Made by a program: the position numbers and the translations under genes
Assembly (NCBI GenBank): GCA_002269645.1
Contig: NIVC01001257.1
Location: 1 to 64,000 of the forward strand
Direction of reading: 5' to 3'
Origin: Macrostomum lignano
Lineage: Eukaryota
DNA: 64,000 nt
The notes under the pieces: model-generated
What the model saw: only the letters and a program-made list of their open reading frames with translations
Databases searched by the model: none
What the model was told of the DNA's origin: nothing
Shown here: positions 63,573-64,000 of the stretch, in pieces
How the letters are laid out: each line of letters opens with the position of its first letter
Position numbering within the stretch: position 1 is the first letter of the stretch

Positions 63573-64000
63573 AGGGAATGGCACTCCAATCTGACGGAGG
63601 GAATGGCACTCCAATTTGACGGAGGGAATGGCACTCCAATCTGACAGAGGGAATGGCACTCCAATCTGACGGAGGGAATGGCACTCCAATTTGACGGGGG
63701 AATGGCACTCCAATCTGACAGAGGGAATGGCACTCCAATCTGACGGAGGGAATGGCACTCCAATCTGACGGAGGGAATGGCACTCCAATCTGACGGAGGG
63801 AATGGCACTCCAATTTGACGGAGGGAATGGCACTCCAATTTGACGGAGGGAATGGCACTCCAATCTGACAGAGGGAATGGCACTCCAATCTGACGGAGGG
63901 AATGGCACTCCAATCTGACGGAGGGAATGGCACTCCAATTTGACGGAGGGAATGGCACTCCAATCTGACAGAGGGAATGGCACTCCAATCTGACGGAGGG
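63573..64000. repeat. Minisatellite, 25-bp unit (gaatggcactccaatctgacggagg), runs off the window
   Basis: Period 25 (gaatg at 63601, 63626, 63651). Confidence 0.95.

Overview
This is eukaryotic, intron-containing, repeat-rich animal DNA. GC-rich Q/S/A-rich exons with minisatellite-filled introns suggest a free-living flatworm such as Macrostomum (inference only). The left half (1-33 kb) is mostly decayed mobile DNA: Ty3/gypsy remnants, a 5'-truncated LOA/R1-type non-LTR element with RNase H, a Penelope-like element with a minimal hammerhead ribozyme, a DUF3504/Crypton-type tyrosine-recombinase fragment, a tRNA-derived CORE-like SINE and an 8.5-kb interval bounded by ~2-kb inverted repeats. 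It also holds a secreted PAN/apple + F-type lectin gene with one frameshift and a disabled plakin-domain (SH3) gene that runs toward a novel 25-aa repeat region. The right half (34-63 kb, all minus strand) carries a reconstructable ~15-exon TMEM131 gene with an intronic tRNA-Gly(CCC) and a hAT-type MITE, an uncharacterised ORF ending in a CaaX box, and a 3-exon MFS/POT-like transporter. Most introns of these genes contain their own minisatellite, including 5.8 kb of (TAAC)n, and arrays in neighbouring introns repeatedly share a seed sequence across an exon. All assignments come from manual motif recognition; no database searches were run.
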